64,000 nucleotides of DNA from Candidatus Iainarchaeum sp. (GTDB taxonomy: Archaea; Iainarchaeota; Iainarchaeia; Iainarchaeales; UBA10191): positions 32,001 to 96,000 of the forward strand of contig JAUSFL010000008.1 of assembly GCA_030649735.1 (NCBI GenBank), read 5' to 3'. The position numbers and the translations under genes were made by a program. The notes beneath the pieces are model-generated. The model did not search any database. It was given only the letters and a program-made list of their open reading frames with translations, and was not told the DNA's origin. Of this stretch, positions 28,899 through 38,071 are shown piece after piece; position 1 is the stretch's first letter; every line of letters starts with the position of its first letter.

Positions 28899-31019
28899 TC
28901 AGCATGCTGTTCCAAAATGCTTTGCAACTTCCTGCAGGTCTTGGATGTTGACTCCGTCATTTCCTATAATGTCTGCTGGGTCTCCTGTTGTATTGCCTAA
29001 GCGCAGGCTGACAAAGACCAGGTCAAACACGTCAACTTTTAAGTCCAAGGTTAAGTCAAAGCAGGTTCTTGCCGGGATTGGAGTGTGGGTGCAGTTTGCA
29101 GTGCAATTGCTTGGATTATTGCAAGTGTCTGTTGTCAAAGAATTGCTGTCGTTGCAGGCTGCATTGCTAGAGCAGGCTGGAGTAATGCAAGAGCTGCTGC
29201 ACAATATTTGCGGCAAAACACAAGAAGGTAAACTGCCAGAATACTCGAAAGCGCCAATGTCTGGAGAATCAATTATTGGGTTTCCTGCATAGTCGCTTGT
29301 CAAGCCCACGTCAGTTCCTGCATTGATTGCCTGGCTGCCTTGCTTTAGCTGGAAGTCTCCTGGATTTCTGAAGCTTCCGCTTGCATTAATTAATTGCGGG
29401 TCAGCAAGCCAGGAGTTGGAGTCGCCAGACTTTACAACCCAATCAGCATAGTTTGTCGAGTCTTTTCCAAGCCAGCGGAACTTGTTGTTTCCGCTTAAAG
29501 TGTCTGGCCAGTACAAGTTGTTGCTGATTTTAATTAAATTATTGCTAGTGACTGCAGGCATTGGGGTGTAATAGAAATTTCCACCGCTTTTTGGATTTAG
29601 CGTTATATTATTCTTTGCGGTAAACCCAATTCCTCCAGGCAAGTGAGGATAATAAATTTTAGAACTTGGCGGGTTTTCGTATCTTCCCAAATCTGCCCAG
29701 AAAATTCCCCCAGCAACATCATGGAATACATTGTTGTAAATTGCTGCAGGCACTTCCCCGCCATCTCCTTTGCCGCGAATTGCATAGCCTACTCCAAGGG
29801 TTTCCGGATTGTTTTTTGTGCCAATGTTGCTGAAAATATTATTATAAATTTGCCAATTGTTTGAGCGCGAGCCAAAGTTTGCAGCATTAGTTCCATGCTT
29901 TGCAACTCCGTAATGCAAGTGTGCGCCTTCATCATCATTTAAGTTTGTAAAACTGTTGCGGCGAATTGTTACGTTTTCCATTTTTCCAGTCGAGCCCATG
30001 TAATCAATTACTCCATCGCCATGCCAGTCGTGAATATTAGAATCTTCAATAAGCAGGTTTGACATGTTTTGCCCGCCGATTGCATGCGCGTCATTATTTC
30101 CAAAAATATTGTAGTGGCGCTGTTCTCCACTGTAGATTTCAACTTTACTGAATGTCCAGTTATTGTGAGCTGCTCCGCCGCCGTAAATTGCATAGCTTCC
30201 GCAGGTTACATCGTGAATTTTCACGTTTTCAATTAGGATGTTGTCAGTGCTTGCTCCTTGCGCATAAACTGCAGTGTAATTCCCGAATGCAATTTCGCTG
30301 TCAATGATTGAGATATTTGAGGTTGGTGTTGGGTTTGGGTCTGTGGCTTTTACCAATCGAATTCCGCCGTCATTTCCAGAGCCTCCAAAAAGCCTTAGGT
30401 TTCTGTATTCAATGAAATCACTTCCCCGGTTATACCAGGAGGCAGTCCAATTCCAGTAAATGTCATCCAATTTTCCAAGTGGATTGACATACATTATTCT
30501 TGCATTTGCGTCAATCCATGCGCTGCCGTCAGTATTTGCAACTTCGCTTGGAGTATTTACATTATTGTAAGACCGCAATAAAATTGGAGAATTTGCGGGG
30601 TCGCCCTGCCAAAAATAAGCACCGCCGTATCCTCCAGTTGGCGCTGAAAAGCTTCCGTCATGCAAATCAGTGAATGACGCTTTCAGCATCTTTCTTGCTG
30701 CAATAATAACTCCTGGATTGTTTGGGCAGTTTCCGCGGATTATAATATGCTTGTCGGCAGTGCCGCTTGCAAGCGTTTGGTTAGAGCCATAATTGAAATC
30801 CACTGGATAAATGAAGGTTCCGCAAATGTAAAGAGTGTCGCCCGCCTTAACGCCGCTAGCGCCCCACACAATTTTTTGAAAGCCGTCAAAAGCAGTTTCA
30901 AAACTAGTTCCGTTTTCTGTTGCATTCTCAAATTGGGTTGCAGGCCTTACAAACCAGTCTGTCGCAAAAGCAAAGCCTGAAAGAAAAAGTAATGCAACAA
31001 TCGCAAATGCAAATCGCAT
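28899..31019 (-). CDS. Secreted right-handed beta-helix (pectin-lyase-like) protein with C-terminal dockerin
   Basis: Signal peptide; AGDTLYI; Asn-ladder repeats; DFQL..SQAINAG...PDIGAFEY; duplicated Ca-loops DLTLDLKVDVFDL and DIIGNDGVNIQDL. Confidence 0.78.
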   Translation of the reverse strand: MRFAFAIVALLFLSGFAFATDWFVRPATQFENATENGTSFETAFDGFQKIVWGASGVKAGDTLYICGTFIYPVDFNYGSNQTLASGTADKHIIIRGNCPNNPGVIIAARKMLKASFTDLHDGSFSAPTGGYGGAYFWQGDPANSPILLRSYNNVNTPSEVANTDGSAWIDANARIMYVNPLGKLDDIYWNWTASWYNRGSDFIEYRNLRLFGGSGNDGGIRLVKATDPNPTPTSNISIIDSEIAFGNYTAVYAQGASTDNILIENVKIHDVTCGSYAIYGGGAAHNNWTFSKVEIYSGEQRHYNIFGNNDAHAIGGQNMSNLLIEDSNIHDWHGDGVIDYMGSTGKMENVTIRRNSFTNLNDDEGAHLHYGVAKHGTNAANFGSRSNNWQIYNNIFSNIGTKNNPETLGVGYAIRGKGDGGEVPAAIYNNVFHDVAGGIFWADLGRYENPPSSKIYYPHLPGGIGFTAKNNITLNPKSGGNFYYTPMPAVTSNNLIKISNNLYWPDTLSGNNKFRWLGKDSTNYADWVVKSGDSNSWLADPQLINASGSFRNPGDFQLKQGSQAINAGTDVGLTSDYAGNPIIDSPDIGAFEYSGSLPSCVLPQILCSSSCITPACSSNAACNDSNSLTTDTCNNPSNCTANCTHTPIPARTCFDLTLDLKVDVFDLVFVSLRLGNTTGDPADIIGNDGVNIQDLQEVAKHFGTAC

Positions 31020-31080
31020 GGCAACAAATAGAAATTCAGAATATTTAAGGTTTTTTAATTAAGAAAGCAATTGGCCGGAA

Positions 31081-31845
31081 TTATCTCTTTTTCTTTGCAA
31101 AGACCTTGTCGAGGTTTCTTGCCAAGTCCAGCACTTCAACCGGGATTGCAATGACTACTGTGTTGCTTGAAGTTGGCCCGAGGCCGTCCAAGGTCTGCAA
31201 AGTCCTGAGTTGCATTGCTCCGGGGCTTTTTGCCATTACTGAGGCTGCCTTTGCCAGGTTTTCCGAGGCCATTCTGTCTCCCTCGGACTTTATGATTGTG
31301 GCCCTTTTTTCCCTTTCACTGGAAGCCTGCCTGCTCATAAGCCTTTTCAAGTCTTCAGGCATGTCAATGTCTTGCAGCTTGATGTCTGTGACTTCAATGC
31401 CCCAGTTTTTTGAGGCTTCTTCAACAATTTGCTCAATGTCTTTTCCAATGCGCTCTCTTTCGCCAAGCACTTGGTCAAGGGTCATGCTGCCTACAACATC
31501 CCTTAATGCTGTCTGCGCGTATTGTGAAACAGCGTACTGGAAGTCCTGCACTTTAATGATTGCGGTTGCAGCGTCAACAACCTTGAAGTAGACCACTCCG
31601 TTAATGTTCATTGGAACATTGTCTTTTGAGATCACTTGCTGTCTTGGAATGTCAATTGTCAGAATTCTCATGTCTATTTTGTGCACTATGTCAAATATTG
31701 GGACCACAAAATTCAGCCCTGGTTGCAAGGTTCCCTTGTATCTTCCAAGCCTGAATTTCACCCCGGTTTCCCACTGGTTGACAATGCGAATGCTTGCAAG
31801 GATTATGACAATTATTACAATTAGCAAAATTATTTCCAGAACCAT
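31081..31845 (-). CDS. SPFH/band 7 (slipin/stomatin-like) protein
   Basis: N-terminal TM, FRLGR, PGLNFVVP, SKDNV, AQTALRDVVG, MQLRTLQT. Confidence 0.95.
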   Translation of the reverse strand: MVLEIILLIVIIVIILASIRIVNQWETGVKFRLGRYKGTLQPGLNFVVPIFDIVHKIDMRILTIDIPRQQVISKDNVPMNINGVVYFKVVDAATAIIKVQDFQYAVSQYAQTALRDVVGSMTLDQVLGERERIGKDIEQIVEEASKNWGIEVTDIKLQDIDMPEDLKRLMSRQASSEREKRATIIKSEGDRMASENLAKAASVMAKSPGAMQLRTLQTLDGLGPTSSNTVVIAIPVEVLDLARNLDKVFAKKKR

Positions 31846-31921
31846 ATTCTCTGAATGAATTTTGAGAAGTAATGCTTAAAAAGCGTTTCTTTTGGCTTTA
31901 AAAAAAGAAAAAGGGCAAGAC

Positions 31922-32026
31922 TTAGTTTCTTGCCGCAATGTTTGCAAAGAATTTCCTGGCTTTTGCGAAAAAGCCGGCTTTTTTTGCCTTGAATTTGGCT
32001 TTTGCTGTTCTTGATTTTGTTTTCAT
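31922..32026 (-). CDS. Putative 34-aa cationic amphipathic peptide
   Basis: GGAGG 8 nt before ATG; MKTKSRTAKAKFKAKKAGFFAKARKFFANIAARN*; T-rich tract follows. Confidence 0.6.
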   Translation of the reverse strand: MKTKSRTAKAKFKAKKAGFFAKARKFFANIAARN

Positions 32027-32072
32027 TCAAAATTCCTCCATTGTGGTTGGTTAAAAGAAAAAAGGCAAGAAT

Positions 32073-34172
32073 TCAGTTCGCTGATTTTTTCCACTTTAAT
32101 TTTGCTTCTTCAGAATTCTCGTTTTGGATTTTTGCCGCGAAATAAAATGCAGACACCGCAATTAATGCCAGAACAAGCAGTCCGAGCCAGAATGCGTTTG
32201 CGCCGAGGACCGCGAATGCAGTGAACATTGCGGCAAAAGCCGGCCTGTTTGCCTTCAAGAGGATTGGCTCTGAAAAATTGAAGCCGGTGCTTGTTTGGAA
32301 CAGCATTTGGGCCTGAACGTCTTTGTCATTAAATCCTGAAGGCGGCATTGCCTGAAGCATTATTGTCCTTGATTCCATTGCGCCTAAAGAAACATTTGGA
32401 TTTCCCTGGATTTCCCACCCGCTCGGCAAGTCCACTTCAATGCTTCCTGAGACTGGAAAATTGCTTTGGTTTTGCACTGTAACATTCAAGTTGTAATTTC
32501 CATCATTCAATGGCTGCACTGTTGTTTGAATGTCAATGTTTGGGTTTTGCTGAATTGGCTGGGGCTGCGGTTGTGGAGTTGCGGTAATTGCTTTGACCTT
32601 GACTATTTTTGAAACCCTTGATAGTGTGGTGAAGTTTGGCAGGAAAATGTCGTAAAACAGCCATGCCTTGTTTGCGTCAAGATTGCTGATTGTTATTTTT
32701 GCGCTAACGCTGTTTGAAGTGCTTGGAATCACAATTGCCTGAGGATCAACAAAAGCATCTGGACTGTATACTTTTATATAACCTGAATTTCCGGTGTTGT
32801 TTACTATGGTTACTGTGATTTGCTGTGGGCCGTTTTCTGGAACTTGGATTGTTTCCGGAAAGAAAATCTGGAAATCGTTTTGATTTGGAGTTTCAGGGTC
32901 GTCTTCAATTGCGCTGATTGAAAAGTCATTGTTTCCGATGCTGTCTGTTCCACAATATGAGTTGTCTTCAAACACCCCGGAAATCTTGAAAGTTCCTGAA
33001 GCTGTCTTTCCCGCGGAGTTTTCAAAACTGTCAACTCTTATTGGAACCTGCAGGGCGCCGTGCGCGTTAATGCTTGTTCCATCTGCCTTCAGGGCTGTTG
33101 TTGTGAAGAATTCTGAATCGTCAAAGGCCTGGATGCTTTCGACAAAGAATGCCTTGTCCGAGTCGTTTTTTACAATAAAATACTCTTTTTTTGAGTCGTT
33201 TTTTGCGAGAAAGAATCTTTTAGTGTAGGAAATAATATTTGAACAGGCTGTTGTCCCGCTAATGCTGTTTTCGCTTAAGTAATTGGTTGTTGTGTTGAAG
33301 CTGTCTACTGTGTTATAGCTGTCTGTGACATTGTTGTAGTAATAATTGCTTGGGCTTGCTCCTGAGAATTCTGCCGTGCTGTAATCAGTTGAACCGCTGT
33401 CTGTTTCTGCCTGTTGTATTTCGCTTCCTTTCACGTAAGTCTGGAAGTTTTCTGAAATGTCTGAGAAAGAACAATCCTGTTCTGAATCGTCAAAATAGCC
33501 TTCAATTTTCAAGTATGCTGTGGTGCTTTTGCTTTCGATTCCAGGGTCTGCCTGCACTCTCAAGGTAACTGTTCCGCTGCTGTTGTCTGGAATGAAATCG
33601 TCAATGCTATAAGGGTCTATTTCAACTTCTGAGTCGTTTTCCACGACAATAACTCGGGAAATGCTGAAAATGAAGTTTGACTTGTTGTCTATGTAAAAGT
33701 CTTCATAGCTTGTCTGGCCTTCATTGATTGTTATTGGCCTTGTTGCAATGTCGATGTCAGTGCAGTATGGCTTGTCTATTTGCTCAACAGAGCTTATCAT
33801 TGAGTAATCTGTTGAGTAAAATGCTGTCGGGTAGTAATAGTAGCTGTAGGTTGGGTTGTACCAGTAATTGTCATAATAGCGCCAGGCATTGTCTCTGTAC
33901 CAATTATTGCCGTTGTAATAGAACCAGCCGGAATTTTGATAGTACCACTGGCTGTTGTAGTTGTAGCGAAAATTGTTTGGAAAATAATAATAATCGCTTC
34001 CGTAATAATAGTAAGGGTCTGCAGAGTAATAGTATCCGTTGTTCTTGTAAATTTCAAAATAAACCTGCCCCGGCCCCCATTGCATTGTCAAGCCAGAATA
34101 GCCTGCCGCCTGTACTGTGCAAACCATTGCAATTAGTGCCATTGCAGTTAAGAAAATGTTTCTCAATTTCAC
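32073..34172 (-). CDS. Cell-surface protein: Tyr-rich N-terminus, Ig-like repeats, NEW3-like domain, C-terminal TM
   Basis: Signal peptide; YYY/WY-rich segment; two Cys-bracketed ~115-aa repeats; VDLPSGW; TM with basic tail. Confidence 0.8.
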   Translation of the reverse strand: MKLRNIFLTAMALIAMVCTVQAAGYSGLTMQWGPGQVYFEIYKNNGYYYSADPYYYYGSDYYYFPNNFRYNYNSQWYYQNSGWFYYNGNNWYRDNAWRYYDNYWYNPTYSYYYYPTAFYSTDYSMISSVEQIDKPYCTDIDIATRPITINEGQTSYEDFYIDNKSNFIFSISRVIVVENDSEVEIDPYSIDDFIPDNSSGTVTLRVQADPGIESKSTTAYLKIEGYFDDSEQDCSFSDISENFQTYVKGSEIQQAETDSGSTDYSTAEFSGASPSNYYYNNVTDSYNTVDSFNTTTNYLSENSISGTTACSNIISYTKRFFLAKNDSKKEYFIVKNDSDKAFFVESIQAFDDSEFFTTTALKADGTSINAHGALQVPIRVDSFENSAGKTASGTFKISGVFEDNSYCGTDSIGNNDFSISAIEDDPETPNQNDFQIFFPETIQVPENGPQQITVTIVNNTGNSGYIKVYSPDAFVDPQAIVIPSTSNSVSAKITISNLDANKAWLFYDIFLPNFTTLSRVSKIVKVKAITATPQPQPQPIQQNPNIDIQTTVQPLNDGNYNLNVTVQNQSNFPVSGSIEVDLPSGWEIQGNPNVSLGAMESRTIMLQAMPPSGFNDKDVQAQMLFQTSTGFNFSEPILLKANRPAFAAMFTAFAVLGANAFWLGLLVLALIAVSAFYFAAKIQNENSEEAKLKWKKSAN

Positions 34173-34188
34173 TCTTCAAACACCTTTT

Positions 34189-34698
34189 TTAATTATAGTA
34201 ATATGGTGAATAATAGCCGTAATTGTAGTTTGTTTGGTATGGTGAATATGTATTGTATGTTGCGGCGTAAGGGTATCCGCCAATTGAGTCTGCGTAATAA
34301 GTTCCATAAGTGGTTAATGGCGGCCTTTGGTTGTCATAGCTTACTACTGAGTTAGAATAGTATGTTGGAGTATAGACTGCGGTGTATGTTGGATAATAGT
34401 AGCTTGGCGTGTAATAGCTTGGTTCATAATATGAATTGGAATAATAACTGTCGCTGTAATAACTCGGAGCGCTGTAGTTTGAGTAATAGCTTGGCTCGTA
34501 ATAATTATCTGAATAATAGCTTGGCGCAGAGTAGCTGTCAGAGTATGAGTAATTTACTGCGCAGTATGTGCAGTCGCCGTTAGAGTAGCTTAGGTTGAGA
34601 GAGTAGGATTTTGCGCTTACTGCCTGTGCGAGGATAAATACTCCTAAAACAATTGCGGCAAACTTGAGAACATTTTTGACAATATTCTTTGAGTCCAT
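34189..34698 (-). CDS. Secreted Tyr/Ser-rich low-complexity protein
   Basis: Signal peptide (AVSA|K); PSYY motif x5; TATA ~24 nt upstream of ATG 34698. Confidence 0.75.
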   Translation of the reverse strand: MDSKNIVKNVLKFAAIVLGVFILAQAVSAKSYSLNLSYSNGDCTYCAVNYSYSDSYSAPSYYSDNYYEPSYYSNYSAPSYYSDSYYSNSYYEPSYYTPSYYYPTYTAVYTPTYYSNSVVSYDNQRPPLTTYGTYYADSIGGYPYAATYNTYSPYQTNYNYGYYSPYYYN

Positions 34699-34773
34699 AA
34701 TATTAACTTCCATGCAAGAAGTATTTAAACTTAACCCCCCTTTAACTAGAAACAGTTAATTATTATGTAGTTG

Positions 34774-36204
34774 TTAGCCTTTCATAACGCCTAATGGCCT
34801 TAATTTTACCACGATTTTTCCAATTCCCGCAAGCTCCACGCTTTTCACAACTTCATCAACGTCCTTATATGCTTCAGGCATTTCTTCAGCCAATCCTTTA
34901 ATGCTCAATGCTTTCACAATCTCGCCTTTTGCCTCCAGTTCTGCCTTCACTTGCGCTCCGCTTTTTTGCTGCATTGCGCCATGCCTTGACATTACCCTGC
35001 CTGCTCCGTGACAAACTGATCCAAAGCTTTCTTCCATTCCCTTTTCAGTTCCCACAAGCACATAGCTTGCAGTTCCCATAGAGCCCGGAATTATTGCTGG
35101 ATGGCCTGTTGAGCGATAGACTTTTGGATTGTCCTTGTGCTCTGCAGGGAAAGCGCGCGTGGCGCCTTTCCTGTGCACTAGAACTTCCTTTTTTTTGCCG
35201 TCAATCCTGTGCTTTTCAAACTTTGCAATATTGTGTGACACATCATACAAGTGGTTTAAGCCCAGTGATTCAGCATCTTGCTTGAAAACATGCTCAAAAG
35301 CTTCCCTAACCCAGTGCATCATTGCCTGCCTGTTCGCGAAAGCAAAGTTTGTTCCCGCATTCATTGCATTCAAGTAATCCTGGCCTTCCTTTGAAGAAAT
35401 CGGCGCGCAAGCCAATTGCCTGTCTGGAACTTGAATGTTGTACTTTTGCATTGCATTGAGCATTGTTTCAATGTAATCGCTTGCAATCTGGTGCCCGCAG
35501 CCCCTGCTGCCTGAATGAATCATGACAACAATTTGCCCTTCTTTCAAGCCGAAGGCTTTTGCAATTCTTGCATCCAGGATTTTCTCGACTTTTTGCACTT
35601 CAATGAAATGGTTTCCGCTGCCTAGAGTGCCAATTTGCGGCATTCCCCTCTGCAATGCCTTTATTGAAACCTTGCTAACATCAGCCTGCTTTAAACAACC
35701 GTAATCTTCAATTCGTTCAAGATCTTCCTTCCACCCATAGCCTTTGTTCACTATCCATTCTGCGCCTTGCTCCAAGACTTCCTTTAGTTCCTTGTCGCTG
35801 AGCTTTAGCTTTCCCTTGCTTCCGACTCCGGATGGAATTTGCTTGAACAATTCATCCATTAATTCCTTCAATTTTGGCCTGATTTCTTTTTCATTCAAAT
35901 CAGTCAGCAAAACCCTGACTCCACAGCTTATGTCAAATCCAACTCCGCCAGGGCTTACAATCCCTTCCTCCAAGTCAAAGGCGGCCACTCCGCCTATGGC
36001 AAATCCATATCCATTGTGCACATCAGGCATGGCAATTGAATATTTTTGAATTCCCGGAAGCTCTGCTACGTTTTTAATTTGCTGAAGTGCGCCTTGCTCC
36101 ACAGCGGTTACAATTTTTTCAGTGCCAAAAATTCTCCCAGGAACCCGCATTTTGCCTTCTTGGGGAATCTCCCAAATTGCTTCTGAAAGTTTTGTGGCAG
36201 TCAT
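34774..36204 (-). CDS. rtcB: tRNA-splicing ligase RtcB
   Basis: MPDVH.GYG, GGVGFDISCG, GSGNHF, HSGSRG, HRKGATRAF, HGAGR. Confidence 0.97.
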   Translation of the reverse strand: MTATKLSEAIWEIPQEGKMRVPGRIFGTEKIVTAVEQGALQQIKNVAELPGIQKYSIAMPDVHNGYGFAIGGVAAFDLEEGIVSPGGVGFDISCGVRVLLTDLNEKEIRPKLKELMDELFKQIPSGVGSKGKLKLSDKELKEVLEQGAEWIVNKGYGWKEDLERIEDYGCLKQADVSKVSIKALQRGMPQIGTLGSGNHFIEVQKVEKILDARIAKAFGLKEGQIVVMIHSGSRGCGHQIASDYIETMLNAMQKYNIQVPDRQLACAPISSKEGQDYLNAMNAGTNFAFANRQAMMHWVREAFEHVFKQDAESLGLNHLYDVSHNIAKFEKHRIDGKKKEVLVHRKGATRAFPAEHKDNPKVYRSTGHPAIIPGSMGTASYVLVGTEKGMEESFGSVCHGAGRVMSRHGAMQQKSGAQVKAELEAKGEIVKALSIKGLAEEMPEAYKDVDEVVKSVELAGIGKIVVKLRPLGVMKG

Positions 36205-36227
36205 GAAAGAATCTTCCTTGCAAATCA

Positions 36228-36234
36228 TTTTATA
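36228..36234. promoter_or_regulatory. Shared TATA between divergent rtcB and methyltransferase
   Basis: TTTTATA lies 24 nt from both ATGs (36204 and 36258). Confidence 0.5.
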
Positions 36235-36257
36235 GCGTTTTGCAGCATGATTCAATA

Positions 36258-36899
36258 ATGTCAAAAAAGGGCAGTGTTTTGCATTCTTTCTATTCTGAAA
36301 AAACCCAAAGGTTTTACAGGCTTGTTGAAGTGCAGGGCGATTTTCCCTGCCTTGAAATTTCAGGCATTAAAATGCACTGCCAAGGGGCAGGCATCAAAAG
36401 CACAGTCAATGCAATGGCTGCAAGCCTTAAGCCTGTGAGGGGAAAAGTTTTGGATTGCTGTTTTGGCCAAGGCTATGCTGTCTTGGAGCTTGCAAGACAG
36501 CCTGGCGTTGAAAAAGTGTTTTCTTTTGAAAAAGATCCTAATGTGCTTGAAATCGCGCGCGTTAATGAATTCTCAAAAAGCGTTTTTGAAAATCCAAAAG
36601 TATTGGTTGCAAACCGGCCTGTTGAGGAAGCATTGAAAGAATTTCCTTCAGGGTTTTTTGATGCAGTACTGCATGACCCGCCTTCAATGAAAATTGCCGG
36701 AGAGCTTTACTCGCAAGAGTTTTACAACTTGCTGTTTCAAAAACTCAAGAAAGGCGGAAAACTGTTTCATTATGTTGGCTCGCCTGGAAAAAAGTCTGGA
36801 AAAGACATAAGGCGCGGAGTCATTGAAAGGCTGAAAAAGGCAGGATTCAAGCAGGTTTTGGAAGTCCCGAAAGCTTTGGGACTTTTGGCTGTTAAATAA
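36258..36899 (+). CDS. Archaeal class I SAM-dependent methyltransferase (COG2521-like)
   Basis: EISGIKMH, VLDCCFGQGY, HDPP, AGELYS.EFY, LFHYVG.PG. Confidence 0.85.
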   Translation: MSKKGSVLHSFYSEKTQRFYRLVEVQGDFPCLEISGIKMHCQGAGIKSTVNAMAASLKPVRGKVLDCCFGQGYAVLELARQPGVEKVFSFEKDPNVLEIARVNEFSKSVFENPKVLVANRPVEEALKEFPSGFFDAVLHDPPSMKIAGELYSQEFYNLLFQKLKKGGKLFHYVGSPGKKSGKDIRRGVIERLKKAGFKQVLEVPKALGLLAVK

Positions 36900-36940
36900 T
36901 CCTGCAAATGCTTTTAAACAAAAAAGGCCTGTTTGAAATT

Positions 36941-37615
36941 ATGGTTTCAAAAAAACTGAAAGTCCTCATTGTTCTAATTATTTTTGCGGCAGTAATGCTT
37001 TCTTACTTTTACTATGTCGGCGAAAGAGAAAAGGAGCAATTCAATAAATTATCAGCTCTTATTTCAAGTAACCAAAAGCTTGAAGCAGTTGTCTCTTTGG
37101 TTTTATTGGTAACAAAGCTTGACCAAGTTAGGTTTGATGCTAACTTGGCTGACTCTAACTTATTTTCAGAATGCAGCGAGGCAAATCGTTTGGGAATGCA
37201 GGAATGCAATAAGAAATGCAAGGTTGGCAGAACTCCCGACGGGGTGTTAGCCTGCAGCAATGACTGCTATGTGCCAGTTGGCGAAAAATTTTATGAATGC
37301 ATTGGAAGGCCTGAAGTCAATGTACAGCTCCGCGAATGCCGTTCTGATTATTTGAAATGCGTTGATAATTTTTCTCCAAACAATGATATTAAAGAATCCT
37401 GTAAAGCCGCCGCAATTTCCCTGCATGATTTTTCAGGGGCTTTTTTGAAAAGCAATTCAATCTTTCTTGGCGCAAGCGTTACGATTAGCCAAATAGCTTC
37501 TTTTGGGGGCGCAAGCGAATCTGATGCTTGGAAGGTAAGTTCTAAAGAGCAGACACTTTTAGCAGACTGCATTTCAAAAATCCAAAAAATTAAGAAGCCT
37601 TCAAACGTCCAGTAG
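36941..37615 (+). CDS. Single-pass membrane protein with Cys-rich helical ectodomain
   Basis: N-terminal TM; about 10 Cys including CxxxC spacings; TATA at ~36912. Confidence 0.6.
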   Translation: MVSKKLKVLIVLIIFAAVMLSYFYYVGEREKEQFNKLSALISSNQKLEAVVSLVLLVTKLDQVRFDANLADSNLFSECSEANRLGMQECNKKCKVGRTPDGVLACSNDCYVPVGEKFYECIGRPEVNVQLRECRSDYLKCVDNFSPNNDIKESCKAAAISLHDFSGAFLKSNSIFLGASVTISQIASFGGASESDAWKVSSKEQTLLADCISKIQKIKKPSNVQ

Positions 37616-38029
37616 CACAGTGCTTTCCCAGCCTTCCTTGGTTTTTTTCAGGGAAAAATCGTTCCAAGTGACTGCTTTCACGTCAGTCTTTATTTCATGC
37701 CTTGTTGAGTTAATTCTTTCTCCAATGATTTTCCCGCTCAACTGCACCCAGCTGTTCTTGCTTTCGCCAAACTTGAGCTCGGCTTTTGCCGTGAGAAACT
37801 CTTCAACCTGGAATTGGAAAAGAATTTCTTCCAAAAACTTGTGCAGCAAATCTTCATAATTTTCAGCGTCAAGCTCTATTGGCCTGTTGAGCTTTGGGCT
37901 TATTGTTTTCTCGTCAACCAAAGTGTGCACTAAAGCGCGCGCTGAGTTTGAAAAGCATTCGCCCATTGTTTTTCCGACTGCCTTGAACTTCACGTCTGCA
38001 GTGTGCTCCAAAAATTCAATGTTTTGCAT
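37601..38029 (-). CDS. Archease
   Basis: EFLEHTADV, FLEEIL, DVKAVT, C-terminal LDV. Confidence 0.95.
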   Translation of the reverse strand: MQNIEFLEHTADVKFKAVGKTMGECFSNSARALVHTLVDEKTISPKLNRPIELDAENYEDLLHKFLEEILFQFQVEEFLTAKAELKFGESKNSWVQLSGKIIGERINSTRHEIKTDVKAVTWNDFSLKKTKEGWESTVLLDV

Positions 38030-38071
38030 TTACAACCAATTTATAATAATTCAACCTGTTTTAAATATATT

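Noticed and set aside
31830-32030. 66-aa ORF with CKHC
   Set aside because: Runs through the T-rich terminator-like tract and into the SPFH start; the 34-aa frame has an ATG at better RBS spacing (not fully excluded)
34380-34530. Recurrent TAGCTTGG units as a possible CRISPR array
   Set aside because: Short, irregularly spaced, in-frame PSYY coding repeats; no cas genes in the window
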